From NCBI GenBank assembly GCA_045536365.1, contig JAZSNL010000016.1, positions 46,003 to 110,002 of the forward strand: a DNA stretch of 64,000 nucleotides, in the 5' to 3' direction. The notes below the pieces were generated by a model, which saw only the letters and a list, made by a program, of their open reading frames with translations, did not search any database and was not told the DNA's origin. Below, piece by piece: positions 18,284 through 29,001 of this stretch; positions within the stretch are counted from its first letter, which is position 1, and every line of letters begins with the position of its first letter. Made by a program: the position numbers and the translations under genes. Origin of the DNA: Bacilli bacterium. GTDB lineage: Bacteria > Bacillota_I > Bacilli_A > ML615J-28 > CAG-313.

Positions 18284-19732
18284 TTATTTTAATCCAGCTT
18301 TTGATCTTGTCCATTGCTTATACCAAATTCCCCATTCTTTTAAATGTTCATCTGAGAAATCTGTTAATGTATCATCACTATGTTTAATAATTGAAGCAGA
18401 ACCTGCACTATTAGAAATGTTCCACGCAACATAACTAATATTTCTTTGGTCTAATATTTTATACCAGTTTTGAATTGATGAATAGTTCATCGCTCCATCA
18501 CCTGATGATTCCATACCGCCGTGTTCACTTATAAATACAGGGAATCCTTTATCATAAGCATTTGAAACTTGATATGTATTTTTATGTCCTGCCGCATAGA
18601 AATGATATGTATACATAATATTTTCATATCCTACTAAAGGATCTGCCATTACCGCATTTAAATTAGCTGTCCAGTTTGGATTTCCAACTAGAATAATTCC
18701 ATCTGTGTTTTCTCTAATTTTAGGGATTACTAATTCTGCATATGTTTTACATTGTTTCCATGTAGTTGAACCGTTTGGTTCATTCATAATTTCATATAAA
18801 ACATTATCATAATCTTTAAATTCTTTACTTATTCTACTAAAGAAGTCCATTGCTTCATCTTTATAGTACAAAGGGTTTTTATCATTTGCATCTTCAGCAC
18901 CTACCATGTGCCAGTCAATGATAACGTATAATCCCGCTTCTGTTGCGTATTTAACACCTTGAACTACTAAATTATATAGTCTTTCTTTATTAGCTTCACT
19001 TGTACAATATCCATCTTCTGAAGTATACATTGCAAGTCGAATAACATTTATACCAAATGTATTTTTCAAACTTGAGATTGTTCCTTTGTTAACATATCTA
19101 CTAAACCATTGTAATCCATGTGTACTTAAGCCAATAAGTTGGAATTTTTCACCATTTTTATCAACTAAGTCTGGACCACTTACACTTATTTTACCATGAG
19201 TAAAATAGTCATTTGATAATTTAATAGGAGTTGGAGCTTCATCGTATTTTGCAATGATAGTCATATCTGAATCAAGAACGATAAATTCTTTTGAGTATGA
19301 TGAACCATTTATTCTCCATGAAGAAAAAGCGTATTCTTCAATTGGCAAAATGTAATCTTCTAATCTTAGTTCTGTCCATGGTAAAACTTCGTATTGTTCT
19401 TCAAACATGTCATTATAGTTAATTGTTAGTATAACTGTTCTTTGTTTTTCAAATTCAGCTACTAGCGTTAAATCTTTTGTGACACTAATTTGTGATGTAA
19501 ATAAATTACCTTGTTCATCTTTCCACCCTACAAAGTTGTGTAATTCTTTTTCAGCTTTTGGTAATGAAGATGCTTCTAATATTTGATCTTTTTCTAACTC
19601 AATTGTTTGAAATAATTCTCCATCTACTAATAAATTTACTTTATAGATTTTAGGTCCTTTATCTTTACAACCTATCATAAATAAAGAAATAATTAAAACA
19701 GAAATTATTGTTATAATTGTCTTACGCTTCAT
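18284..19732 (-). CDS. Lipoprotein glycoside hydrolase family 5 endoglucanase (cellulase) with N-terminal Listeria-Bacteroides-type (Flg_new) repeats, copy 1
   Basis: Signal peptide plus lipobox LFMIGC. GH5 catalytic motifs are present: LIGLSTHGLQWF, IMNEPNG (acid/base Glu) and FISEHGG (nucleophile Glu). The N-terminal region carries FVGWKDEQGNLF-type repeats. Confidence 0.8.
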   Translation of the reverse strand: MKRKTIITIISVLIISLFMIGCKDKGPKIYKVNLLVDGELFQTIELEKDQILEASSLPKAEKELHNFVGWKDEQGNLFTSQISVTKDLTLVAEFEKQRTVILTINYNDMFEEQYEVLPWTELRLEDYILPIEEYAFSSWRINGSSYSKEFIVLDSDMTIIAKYDEAPTPIKLSNDYFTHGKISVSGPDLVDKNGEKFQLIGLSTHGLQWFSRYVNKGTISSLKNTFGINVIRLAMYTSEDGYCTSEANKERLYNLVVQGVKYATEAGLYVIIDWHMVGAEDANDKNPLYYKDEAMDFFSRISKEFKDYDNVLYEIMNEPNGSTTWKQCKTYAELVIPKIRENTDGIILVGNPNWTANLNAVMADPLVGYENIMYTYHFYAAGHKNTYQVSNAYDKGFPVFISEHGGMESSGDGAMNYSSIQNWYKILDQRNISYVAWNISNSAGSASIIKHSDDTLTDFSDEHLKEWGIWYKQWTRSKAGLK

Positions 19733-19910
19733 TTGTCTTACCCTTTCTTAATAAATATGTTCCTAGTAAAAATATACCAGCACTTGAATAACTTGTTATT
19801 AATAAAATATATTTCATAAAATCTTTTTTAATTAAAATCATACATACTATTAATGATATAAAAAGTAATATTGAAAAAACTGTTAATAGATAACCTAATA
19901 TTTTATTCAT
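19722..19910 (-). CDS. Small two-TM membrane protein (62 aa), hypothetical
   Basis: Hydrophobic ORF that overlaps the neighbouring genes by a few nt on each side, consistent with translational coupling. Confidence 0.35.
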   Translation of the reverse strand: MNKILGYLLTVFSILLFISLIVCMILIKKDFMKYILLITSYSSAGIFLLGTYLLRKGKTNEA

Positions 19911-21934
19911 TATTCCACCTTAGTTATATTATTGCCTACTTCTACTAAAGCAGACATATTTCGTTCAATTTTAATTTCTTGGTTCGTTGACTCTGTATTG
20001 TAATATGCTAATTGTCCATCTTGCATTTTCACATAGTAATCATTACCATAAACATTTTCCATATCTATTATCGCATTATTTGTAATCATTGAAATAGTTT
20101 CAATTTTTGTATCTTTTAAAATAACAGAACCTTTTTCTTGACCAGTGACTGTTAGCGATTTAATACTTGATTGTAAGCCATATGGATTTTCATCATTAGG
20201 TAAATCATTTTCTACCGCAAATTTAGTTGATAATTTATTATAAACTGTAATCACTGGGTATAATTGTATTTTATTAAATTCTTTTTCAAATTCATTTAAT
20301 TCAACATCTTCTAATGGATTTCCTTTTTTATCAGGAATATTTTCTGAAAGATTGTATAAATATATATTTCCAGAGTTTCCTTCTAATTTAATATTATTAC
20401 TTTTTACATATTCACATATAAAATATGAACCGCTGACAAATGCATCTAATTTGTCTTTTATTATTGTTTTAGTAATAGTAAAAGATGAAGTAGCTTGAAC
20501 AGATACAGTACATAAACTCATATCACTTTCATACATTGTTGTTATTGTGCTTGTTGAGTAATAATTAAAGCTATAACAATTCATTCTGTTTATTGTCATT
20601 TTACCGGAATTGCTGGATAAGTTTACATTAGGAATGTTTTCATTTTTATCATTAAATAAAGGATTAGTAAATTCAATATTCTTAATATCAATATTAGCAG
20701 AACTATTAATTATATTTAATTTTTCACCTTTTGTATTATGAATATTAATATTTCCTTCTAATACATTAATTGAAATATTTTTTATATTATTTGATGTATT
20801 TTTATAAGCTTCTTCTTCTGTTGATGTAATAAGTGTACCTTTATTTGTATTAATTGTTAAAGATTCAATATTGGAATTATATATTTGATATCCACCAGTT
20901 GTAGTTGTTAGTGAAACATCGCCAAGGTTTGATGATAAAATATTAACATTTCCAATTGAAATTGCTAAATCTAAATCAATATAATTATATTTTGATGGTA
21001 ATTTAATAACAACTGTTTGTGTTGGTTCTTTTAATAAATCTAAGAAGTCATATGTTTTATTATCATCAAATTCAATAGTTAAAACATTGTTTTCTGTTTT
21101 TAAATTAAAGTTATGTTCTAATTCATGATAATAAGTGATTAGTATATTATCAATTGTATCATCTGTTGTAATAGTAAAATTTGCGGTAGAGCCTTTATAT
21201 ACTATTTTTTCTAAATTATTTTCAGTTACTTCATACTCTTCTGTAATACTATTGATATTATTATTACTACGATATAAGTATCCTTTTGTTGTAATATTTA
21301 ATACTGCTGAACCGATTAAAATAAAGAAAACGACTATTGCGATTTTCACTAATACTTTTTCTTTTTTAAAGAGTTTATTGATTGTTCCACTTATTGAGAA
21401 ATTTGCAATTTTTTCATTAATTTCTTTCTTTTTTAATTGTTGATATGATCCTGTTATAAAATACATAATTATTAAATAACATAAATCAACAAAATATATA
21501 AATATTACTAGTTCAACTATTAGTAATAATATTCCCGATATTATTAATGATATTTGATCTAATAGTTCAAATTTGTTTGTTTGTGTTAATAATTTAATTA
21601 AATTAACTGACATTGATCCAAAGATAAATGTTATATAAGCAAATATTGCAAGTATTATTAATGATACAACTATTGAAGTAATAAAGTTAACTATTGCTTG
21701 TCGTTTCATTGCTTTTTTTCTTAATTCAATATAAGCAACACCTTTTGTTTTATAAATATCTTCAGCTATTGCTTTAGGACTAGGAAATGAAGCGATAACT
21801 TTTTCTTCTTTTTCTCCATAATCAATAGCAGTATTTATTTTTTGTTGATAAAACTTAATTATTTCATTTTGATCTTTTGGTTTTAAATATTTAAGTTCTT
21901 CAGCTAATTGTGTTAAAAATTCTCTTTGATCCAT
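19910..21934 (-). CDS. DUF1700-like N-terminal domain, transmembrane segments and a C-terminal DUF4097-like (putative adhesin/LiaG-like beta-rich) repeat domain
   Basis: The N-terminus MDQREFLTQLAEELKYLKPKDQNEIIKFYQQKI...SPKAIAEDIYK matches the DUF1700 pattern. Several TM helices occupy residues ~90-210. The C-terminal half is Asn/Thr/Ser-rich with repeated GNVNI/ITTTTGG-type beta-strand repeats. Confidence 0.55.
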   Translation of the reverse strand: MDQREFLTQLAEELKYLKPKDQNEIIKFYQQKINTAIDYGEKEEKVIASFPSPKAIAEDIYKTKGVAYIELRKKAMKRQAIVNFITSIVVSLIILAIFAYITFIFGSMSVNLIKLLTQTNKFELLDQISLIISGILLLIVELVIFIYFVDLCYLIIMYFITGSYQQLKKKEINEKIANFSISGTINKLFKKEKVLVKIAIVVFFILIGSAVLNITTKGYLYRSNNNINSITEEYEVTENNLEKIVYKGSTANFTITTDDTIDNILITYYHELEHNFNLKTENNVLTIEFDDNKTYDFLDLLKEPTQTVVIKLPSKYNYIDLDLAISIGNVNILSSNLGDVSLTTTTGGYQIYNSNIESLTINTNKGTLITSTEEEAYKNTSNNIKNISINVLEGNINIHNTKGEKLNIINSSANIDIKNIEFTNPLFNDKNENIPNVNLSSNSGKMTINRMNCYSFNYYSTSTITTMYESDMSLCTVSVQATSSFTITKTIIKDKLDAFVSGSYFICEYVKSNNIKLEGNSGNIYLYNLSENIPDKKGNPLEDVELNEFEKEFNKIQLYPVITVYNKLSTKFAVENDLPNDENPYGLQSSIKSLTVTGQEKGSVILKDTKIETISMITNNAIIDMENVYGNDYYVKMQDGQLAYYNTESTNQEIKIERNMSALVEVGNNITKVE

Positions 21935-22011
21935 AATTTATATCTCCTATATTTATTTTACCAAAAAAGTGCTTCAAAGTCAATTAATAGAGTTTCGTTA
22001 TTATATAAAAT

Positions 22012-22038
22012 AAAACACTATGTTTAACATAGTGTTTT
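22012..22038 (-). terminator. Hairpin terminator downstream of GH5 copy 2
   Basis: 11-bp stem aaaacactatg / catagtgtttt with loop tttaa, 3 nt after the stop codon. Confidence 0.45.
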
Positions 22039-22040
22039 AA

Positions 22041-23486
22041 TTATTTCATTTGTGCTTTGTTTCTTGTCCATTGCTTATACCATTTTCCCCACTCAGTTAA
22101 ATGTTCATCTGAGAAGTCAGTTAAAGTATCATTTCCGTTCTTAATAATTGATGATGAGCATAAGCTATTAGATAAATTCCACGCAACATAACTAATATTT
22201 CTTTGGTCTAATATTTTATACCAGTTTTGAATTGATGAATAATCGATTGCACCATCACCTGATGATTCCATACCACCGTGTTCACTTATAAATACAGGGA
22301 AACCTTTAGAGTAAGCATTAGTTACTTGATATGTATTTTTATGATCTGCCGCATAGAAATGATATGTATACATAATATTTTCATATCCTGTTATTGGATC
22401 AGCCATTACCGCATTCAAATTTGAAGTCCAGTTTGGATTACCTAATAGAATAATACCATCTGTATTTTCTCTAATTTTAGGGATTACTAATTCTGCATAT
22501 GTTTTACATTGTTTCCATGTAGTTGAACCATTTGGTTCATTCATAATTTCATATAAAACATTATCATAATCTTTAAATTCTTTACTTATTCTACTAAAGA
22601 AATCCATTGCTTCATCTTTATAATATAATGGGTTTTTATCATTTACATCTTCAGCACCTACCATGTGCCAGTCAATAATAACATAAAGGCCCACTTCTGT
22701 TGCGTATTTAACACCTTGAACTACTAAGTTATATAGTCTTTCGCGATTATTAGGATTATCACAATAGCCATCCTCTGAGGTTGTTAAAGCTAGTCTAATA
22801 ACATTAATTCCATAAGTGTTTTTAATTGCCGCAAAAGTTCCTTTGTTAACATATCTACTAAACCATTGTAATCCATGTGTACTTAAACCAATAAGCTGGA
22901 ATTTTTCACCATTTTTATCGACTAAGTCTGGACCACTTACACTTATTTTACCATGAGTAAAATAGTCATTATCTAAATTAAGTGGTGTTGGTGAATCCAT
23001 ATATATAGCGTCTATTCTCATATCAGAATCTAATATGATAAATTCTTTTGAATATGAAGAACCATTGATTTTCCATGATGCAAAAGCATATTCTTCTATT
23101 GGTAAAATATATTGATCTAAATATATTTCTGTCCATGTTAAAACTTCATATTGTTCTTCGAACATATCGTTATAATTAATAGTTAAGATGGCGGTAGGTA
23201 GTTTTTGGAATTCAGCTGTTATTGTTTTATCACAAGTAATTACTATGTCAGTTGTTATTAAATTACCTAGTTCATCTTTCCATCCAATAAAACGATATAA
23301 ATCTTTATTTGCTGTAGGAAAAGAATTATATTGTAATATTTCATTTGAAATTATTTCTTTTGTTTCTACTGTTTTATTATCAATAATAAATTTTACTTCG
23401 TATGTTTCTTCTTTATTCTTACAGCCTAATAAAAATAGTGAACAAATAATAATAGAAAGAATTGATATCACAAATCTCTTTTTCAT
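22041..23486 (-). CDS. Lipoprotein GH5 endoglucanase with Flg_new-type repeats, copy 2 (paralog of 18284..19732)
   Basis: ORF track 22041..23528. The preferred start is the Met at 23484-23486 (MKKRFVISILSIIICSLFLLGC, signal peptide plus lipobox) with an AGGAGG RBS. The catalytic half is about 90% identical to copy 1 at nucleotide level, for example at 22660-22760 versus 18900-19000. Confidence 0.8.
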   Translation of the reverse strand: MKKRFVISILSIIICSLFLLGCKNKEETYEVKFIIDNKTVETKEIISNEILQYNSFPTANKDLYRFIGWKDELGNLITTDIVITCDKTITAEFQKLPTAILTINYNDMFEEQYEVLTWTEIYLDQYILPIEEYAFASWKINGSSYSKEFIILDSDMRIDAIYMDSPTPLNLDNDYFTHGKISVSGPDLVDKNGEKFQLIGLSTHGLQWFSRYVNKGTFAAIKNTYGINVIRLALTTSEDGYCDNPNNRERLYNLVVQGVKYATEVGLYVIIDWHMVGAEDVNDKNPLYYKDEAMDFFSRISKEFKDYDNVLYEIMNEPNGSTTWKQCKTYAELVIPKIRENTDGIILLGNPNWTSNLNAVMADPITGYENIMYTYHFYAADHKNTYQVTNAYSKGFPVFISEHGGMESSGDGAIDYSSIQNWYKILDQRNISYVAWNLSNSLCSSSIIKNGNDTLTDFSDEHLTEWGKWYKQWTRNKAQMK

Positions 23487-23511
23487 ACATTCCTCCTTTT
23501 TATAAAAAAAA

Positions 23512-23529
23512 TATGCTTTTAAAAGCATA
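23512..23529 (-). terminator. Hairpin after the tRNA pair
   Basis: Perfect palindrome tatgctttt / aaaagcata, followed on the minus strand by a T-run (complement of 23497-23511). Confidence 0.4.
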
Positions 23530-23542
23530 CAAATTTTAAAGA

Positions 23543-23618
23543 TGGTAGGGCTAAATGGATTCGAACCATTGAAATGACGGAGTCAAAGTCCGTTGCCTTA
23601 CCGCTTGGCTATAGCCCT
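23543..23618 (-). tRNA. tRNA-Gln (anticodon UUG), 76 nt with encoded CCA
   Basis: Reverse complement reads AGGGCUAUAGCCAAGCGGUAAGGCAACGGACUUUGACUCCGUCAUUUCAAUGGUUCGAAUCCAUUUAGCCCUACCA. It folds as a cloverleaf with anticodon loop CUUUGAC, T-loop TTCGAAT and a 7-bp acceptor stem, and is almost identical to B. subtilis tRNA-Gln. Confidence 0.9.
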
Positions 23619-23625
23619 ATAAAGA

Positions 23626-23710
23626 TGGTGGAAGGGGACGGATTCGAACCATCGAACTCGGAGAGAGCGGATTTACAGTCCGCCGCGTTTAGCCACTTCG
23701 CTACCCTTCC
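23626..23710 (-). tRNA. tRNA-Tyr (anticodon GUA), 85 nt with long variable arm and encoded CCA
   Basis: Reverse complement reads GGAAGGGUAGCGAAGUGGCUAAACGCGGCGGACUGUAAAUCCGCUCUCUCCGAGUUCGAUGGUUCGAAUCCGUCCCCUUCCACCA. The anticodon loop is CUGUAAA and it is near-identical to Bacillus tRNA-Tyr. Confidence 0.9.
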
Positions 23711-23758
23711 ATTTATTCTAACAGATGTGAACAAGGCGTACCATCACATCGCTAGAAT

Positions 23759-23788
23759 ATTATACTACATTTATTATTTTTTGTAAAT
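23759..23788 (-). promoter_or_regulatory. Promoter of the tRNA-Tyr/tRNA-Gln operon: TTTACA, 17 nt spacer, TATAAT
   Basis: Minus strand reads tttaca, then aaaaataataaatgtag (17 nt), then tataat. The -10 is at 23759-23764 and the -35 at about 23783-23788. Confidence 0.5.
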
Positions 23789-23803
23789 AGTTTTGATAAT
23801 TTT

Positions 23804-24529
23804 TTACACAATTTCTTCAATATAATTTACATAAGGCAATTCTGCTATGCCTTTTATGATTTCTTTATTGTTGTTTTTACGTTCAATTGCGATTTCAAAA
23901 TCAACTGTATAAACTGTTAAACCTGTTCCATCATATGCGTGATTAGGTTCAAGTGAAGAAATAATTAATTGATTTTCTCTTGTGTATTTTATAAAATCTT
24001 TTACGTGTTCAATATTATCAATTTCAATATAAATTCTAATATTCTTAGAACGATTTCTAAAAAAGTTTTCTACTCTAGGTAATAATGTTAAAGAAGCAAG
24101 AATTAATAATCCTGTTACAATTGCTGCTGTATAAAATCCTGCTCCTATTGCAAGACCTACACAGGCAGAAGCCCATAAACCGGCTGCAGTTGTTAATCCT
24201 CTTACTTGACTTCGAGATGTAATTAAAATAGATCCAGCACCTAAAAAACCTATTCCGCTAATTACTTGTGCACCAAGTCTTGTCGCATCACCTGAATCAA
24301 ATGTAACAACAGTGTATTGATTCACTAACATTGCAAGAGTAGCACCTACACATACTAATATATATGTTCTAAATCCCGCCGCATGTCTTTTAGTTGCTCT
24401 TTCTACACCGATTGCTCCACCAAATAGTACTGCTAATACTAATCTTAATAATATTGACCAAATATTAATATTAAATGACCAATCTCCTAATATTTGAGAA
24501 ATTGGATCAACTATTGCTGATAATAACAT
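23804..24529 (-). CDS. MgtC/SapB family membrane protein
   Basis: GGAIGVERATKRHAAGFRTY motif; N-terminal polytopic domain plus a soluble C-terminal domain; 241 aa. Confidence 0.75.
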   Translation of the reverse strand: MLLSAIVDPISQILGDWSFNINIWSILLRLVLAVLFGGAIGVERATKRHAAGFRTYILVCVGATLAMLVNQYTVVTFDSGDATRLGAQVISGIGFLGAGSILITSRSQVRGLTTAAGLWASACVGLAIGAGFYTAAIVTGLLILASLTLLPRVENFFRNRSKNIRIYIEIDNIEHVKDFIKYTRENQLIISSLEPNHAYDGTGLTVYTVDFEIAIERKNNNKEIIKGIAELPYVNYIEEIV

Positions 24530-24559
24530 AATAGGCCTCCTTGTCGTTTCTTTTTTTGA

Positions 24560-25066
24560 TTATAACATATTTTGTTCTAAATAGCAAATATTAACTATTT
24601 TTTCTAATTTTTTTACATAATTTATTCTTTTCAACATTCCTTCTTTTATTATAAATTTAAGACTATTGAATATATTAATAAGAATCTTTTTAAATAATGA
24701 ATATATAATCTGATCATAAAATAAATTAATTACAAATTTAGAAATATAGGGCTGGATTTTATTAATAAGAATTATTACTTTATCTAATAGTTTGTGTAAT
24801 ATATTCTGAATATAGCTAAAGTATATAAACCAACTGAATATAAAAAATAAGATAAAATAGATTGGAATATACCCATCTGATAATTTATAACTAAATACAT
24901 ATGTAATATATATTTGTATGCTTATAAAAATTATTTCACTTATTCTTTTTCTTTTAGATAGTTTATTATTTAAATATATAAAAACATCATATGATATTGA
25001 TAAATAAAAACCAAATATTATTAATCCTAATATAATTATTAGTTCTTCTTTTAATGGATGAATCAT
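24560..25066 (-). CDS. yabQ: Membrane protein, probable spore cortex protein YabQ homolog
   Basis: Hydrophobic 168-aa ORF whose stop overlaps the yabP start (ATGA overlap), the same arrangement as Bacillus yabP-yabQ. The assignment rests on context. Confidence 0.45.
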   Translation of the reverse strand: MIHPLKEELIIILGLIIFGFYLSISYDVFIYLNNKLSKRKRISEIIFISIQIYITYVFSYKLSDGYIPIYFILFFIFSWFIYFSYIQNILHKLLDKVIILINKIQPYISKFVINLFYDQIIYSLFKKILINIFNSLKFIIKEGMLKRINYVKKLEKIVNICYLEQNML

Positions 25067-25350
25067 TTAAATACTTTTCCAAAGAAATTTCCTTTTTCTT
25101 TTTTCTTTTCACTATTTAAATAAATCATTGAATCAATATTACCACTTATCCAAAGTATACCTTTTTCAATATCTAAATGTTGCATTTCTAAATTTGAACC
25201 TTTTACTGATAGTATTCCTAAATTAGTATTAATAACAAATTCTTCACTATTTAGACTTTCTATTTTTTTTACTCCTGTTACCTCTAAATTAGTTCTATTT
25301 TTTAATTTTAATTCTTGTTTGTTCATTTCGTTTTTCACATCATAATTCAT
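25063..25350 (-). CDS. yabP: Sporulation protein YabP
   Basis: The 95-aa protein LEVTGVKKIESLNSEEFVINTNLGILSVKGSNLEMQHLDIEKGILWISGNI matches the YabP family pattern (VxGV..VxSFD.EEF...T..G.L.I.G.NL....L). Confidence 0.8.
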   Translation of the reverse strand: MNYDVKNEMNKQELKLKNRTNLEVTGVKKIESLNSEEFVINTNLGILSVKGSNLEMQHLDIEKGILWISGNIDSMIYLNSEKKKEKGNFFGKVFK

Positions 25351-25461
25351 ATTACCACTCCTTATATAAATATATGAATATATTTATTTTTTAGAACTTT
25401 TTTATTTTTTACCATTTCAATACAAAATTTATTCAAAATATGATAAAATATAAAAAAATAA

Positions 25462-26973
<1,512 letters not shown>

Positions 26974-26977
26974 AAAT

Positions 26978-27007
26978 AAAACATTTCAGGATATCCTGAA
27001 ATGTTTT
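26978..27007. terminator. Bidirectional terminator between convergent lysS and the M42 peptidase gene
   Basis: Stem aaaacatttcagg / cctgaaatgtttt (13 bp) with loop atat, followed by tttttatttt. Confidence 0.6.
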
Positions 27008-27008
27008 T

Positions 27009-28019
27009 TTATTTTAATATATATTTCATAATTAATTTATATGTATTTTCTAAAGCATTATAATGTGTTCTTTCCATACCATGAGATGCGTGAATACCAG
27101 GTCCAATTAAAGCACATTTAACATCATTGCCTGCTTTTAAAGCAGCTGTTGCATCTGAAGAATAAAATGGATATACATCTACTGCATATAATAATTTTTC
27201 TTCTTTTGCAATATTTATTAATTTAGTAGTCATATCATAATCATATGGTCCACCAGCATCTTTTGCACAAATAGAAACCATTTCTTCATTACATTGTAAA
27301 TCAAGTCCGATACATCCCATATCTACTGCTAGTATTTCATTTATTTCAGGAATATTAGCTGCGCCATGCCCTGTTTCTTCATATGTTGAAAAAACGATTT
27401 TTAGATTATGATTTGGAATTATGTTTTCTTCTTTAATTGTTCTCAATACTTCTAGTAAAAGAAAAGCACCACCTTGATCATCTAGGAATCTTGTTTTAAT
27501 ATATTTAGATGTTGTATATTCAAATTTAGGATTTATTGATATGATATCTCCGTTTTGAATTCCTAAGTTTTCAACATCTTTTTTAGAATATACTAATTCA
27601 TCAATTCTTATTTCCATTGTTTCTTCACTTCGTTCTTTTGTTCTTGCGTCTTTATATACATGAACACTTGGACTTGTTGATAAAACTGTTCCAGAATATT
27701 CTTTGTTATCTCTTGTATGAATAGTGCAATATTCTCCATCATAAGTAGGTAGAATAGGACCACCTAATGTTGTAAATGCAAGTTTACCGTTTGGCTTAAT
27801 TGATCTTACCATTAATCCTAGCGTATCAATGTGTGCGAATAAGCCTAAATTATAATCATCTTTTCCTTTAACTTCTACTATTAGATTTCCTTTTTGGTTT
27901 TTTGATGTTGTATATCCTAATGTTTTAATGTATTTATCTAAGAATTCAATTTTTCTTTGTGTATATCCTGTTGGGCTTGGTATTTTTAATAATTCTTCTA
28001 ATAATTCAATTTTTAACAT
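27009..28019 (-). CDS. M42 family metallopeptidase (glutamyl aminopeptidase/CelM-like)
   Basis: 336 aa with metal-binding motifs of the FrvX/YsdC family (FAHIDTLG, DDQGG, ETGHGAA). Confidence 0.7.
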   Translation of the reverse strand: MLKIELLEELLKIPSPTGYTQRKIEFLDKYIKTLGYTTSKNQKGNLIVEVKGKDDYNLGLFAHIDTLGLMVRSIKPNGKLAFTTLGGPILPTYDGEYCTIHTRDNKEYSGTVLSTSPSVHVYKDARTKERSEETMEIRIDELVYSKKDVENLGIQNGDIISINPKFEYTTSKYIKTRFLDDQGGAFLLLEVLRTIKEENIIPNHNLKIVFSTYEETGHGAANIPEINEILAVDMGCIGLDLQCNEEMVSICAKDAGGPYDYDMTTKLINIAKEEKLLYAVDVYPFYSSDATAALKAGNDVKCALIGPGIHASHGMERTHYNALENTYKLIMKYILK

Positions 28020-28900
28020 TAGTTCACCTTCTTTGTATGTGATAAGATTTCAATTAATTCTTCTTTAGAGAAATAATATTTTTCTCCGCAGAAATGACAT
28101 GTTGTTTCAATATCTTTTTCAAAAGTATCAATCATGTCTTTTACTTCTTCATATCCTAGTGATAAAATACCGCGACTGAATTTATCTTTACTACAATTAC
28201 ATTTATATTCAACTGGTATTTCTTCTAGTATTCTTGCATCTTCTGCAACATTTTTAATTATTTGTTCAAGTGTTAAACCACTTGTTAACATTTCTGTCAT
28301 TGTAGGTAATAATTGTATTCTTTTTTCTAATTCAATAATTGTTTCTTCTGGAGTATTTGGTAATACTTGTACTATTAATCCTCCTGAAACAACAGCTTCT
28401 GAATCAGTATTTACTAATACACCTAATGATACTGCAGAAGGTACTTGTTCACTTACCATAAAATAGTAAGCAAAGTCTTCACCTAATTCACCGTTAATTA
28501 TTGGTGTAGAACCAATAAATGGTTCTTTTAATTTTAAGTCTTTGATTACATTAATAAATCCGCTATCTCCGATTGTTGCTTTAACGTTTAATCTTTCGTC
28601 TACATATTCGAAATGACAATGTGGGTTTTCACAATAAGCTCTTATATGTCCGTGCGCATCCGCATCTGCCATCATTCTTCCAATAGGGCCATTTCCTTCA
28701 ATTTTAATTGTAACAGTTTCTTCAAGTTTTAGCATTGCGCCCATCATTACCGTAACGCTCATTAGTCTTCCCATTGCGTCTAATGCGCTTGGTAAATAAT
28801 TTAATCTATTACCAATTTCATTTAATGCGTTTGTTGTTGTAGCACAATATATTCTTACACTATTATTACAGCCTAAAGCTTTTACAATTCTATCTTCCAT
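28019..28900 (-). CDS. hslO: 33 kDa redox-regulated chaperonin Hsp33
   Basis: C-terminal CxC...CxxC zinc redox switch (CNCSKDKF...CHFCGEKY); 293 aa. Confidence 0.9.
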   Translation of the reverse strand: MEDRIVKALGCNNSVRIYCATTTNALNEIGNRLNYLPSALDAMGRLMSVTVMMGAMLKLEETVTIKIEGNGPIGRMMADADAHGHIRAYCENPHCHFEYVDERLNVKATIGDSGFINVIKDLKLKEPFIGSTPIINGELGEDFAYYFMVSEQVPSAVSLGVLVNTDSEAVVSGGLIVQVLPNTPEETIIELEKRIQLLPTMTEMLTSGLTLEQIIKNVAEDARILEEIPVEYKCNCSKDKFSRGILSLGYEEVKDMIDTFEKDIETTCHFCGEKYYFSKEELIEILSHTKKVN

Positions 28901-29001
28901 AATATCACCTTCTCTAATATTAATTATATCATAATGAGATAATATTCTTGCAATAAATAATAAAATTTAGTAAAATTGATATATAAAAAGAGGTATTAAT
29001 T

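Noticed and set aside
18284-23800. The GH5/DUF4097 block next to tRNA genes as an integrated mobile element
   Set aside because: The window contains no integrase, transposase, direct-repeat att sites or phage genes. Only the duplication and the tRNA proximity are suggestive, so it was not called a mobile element.
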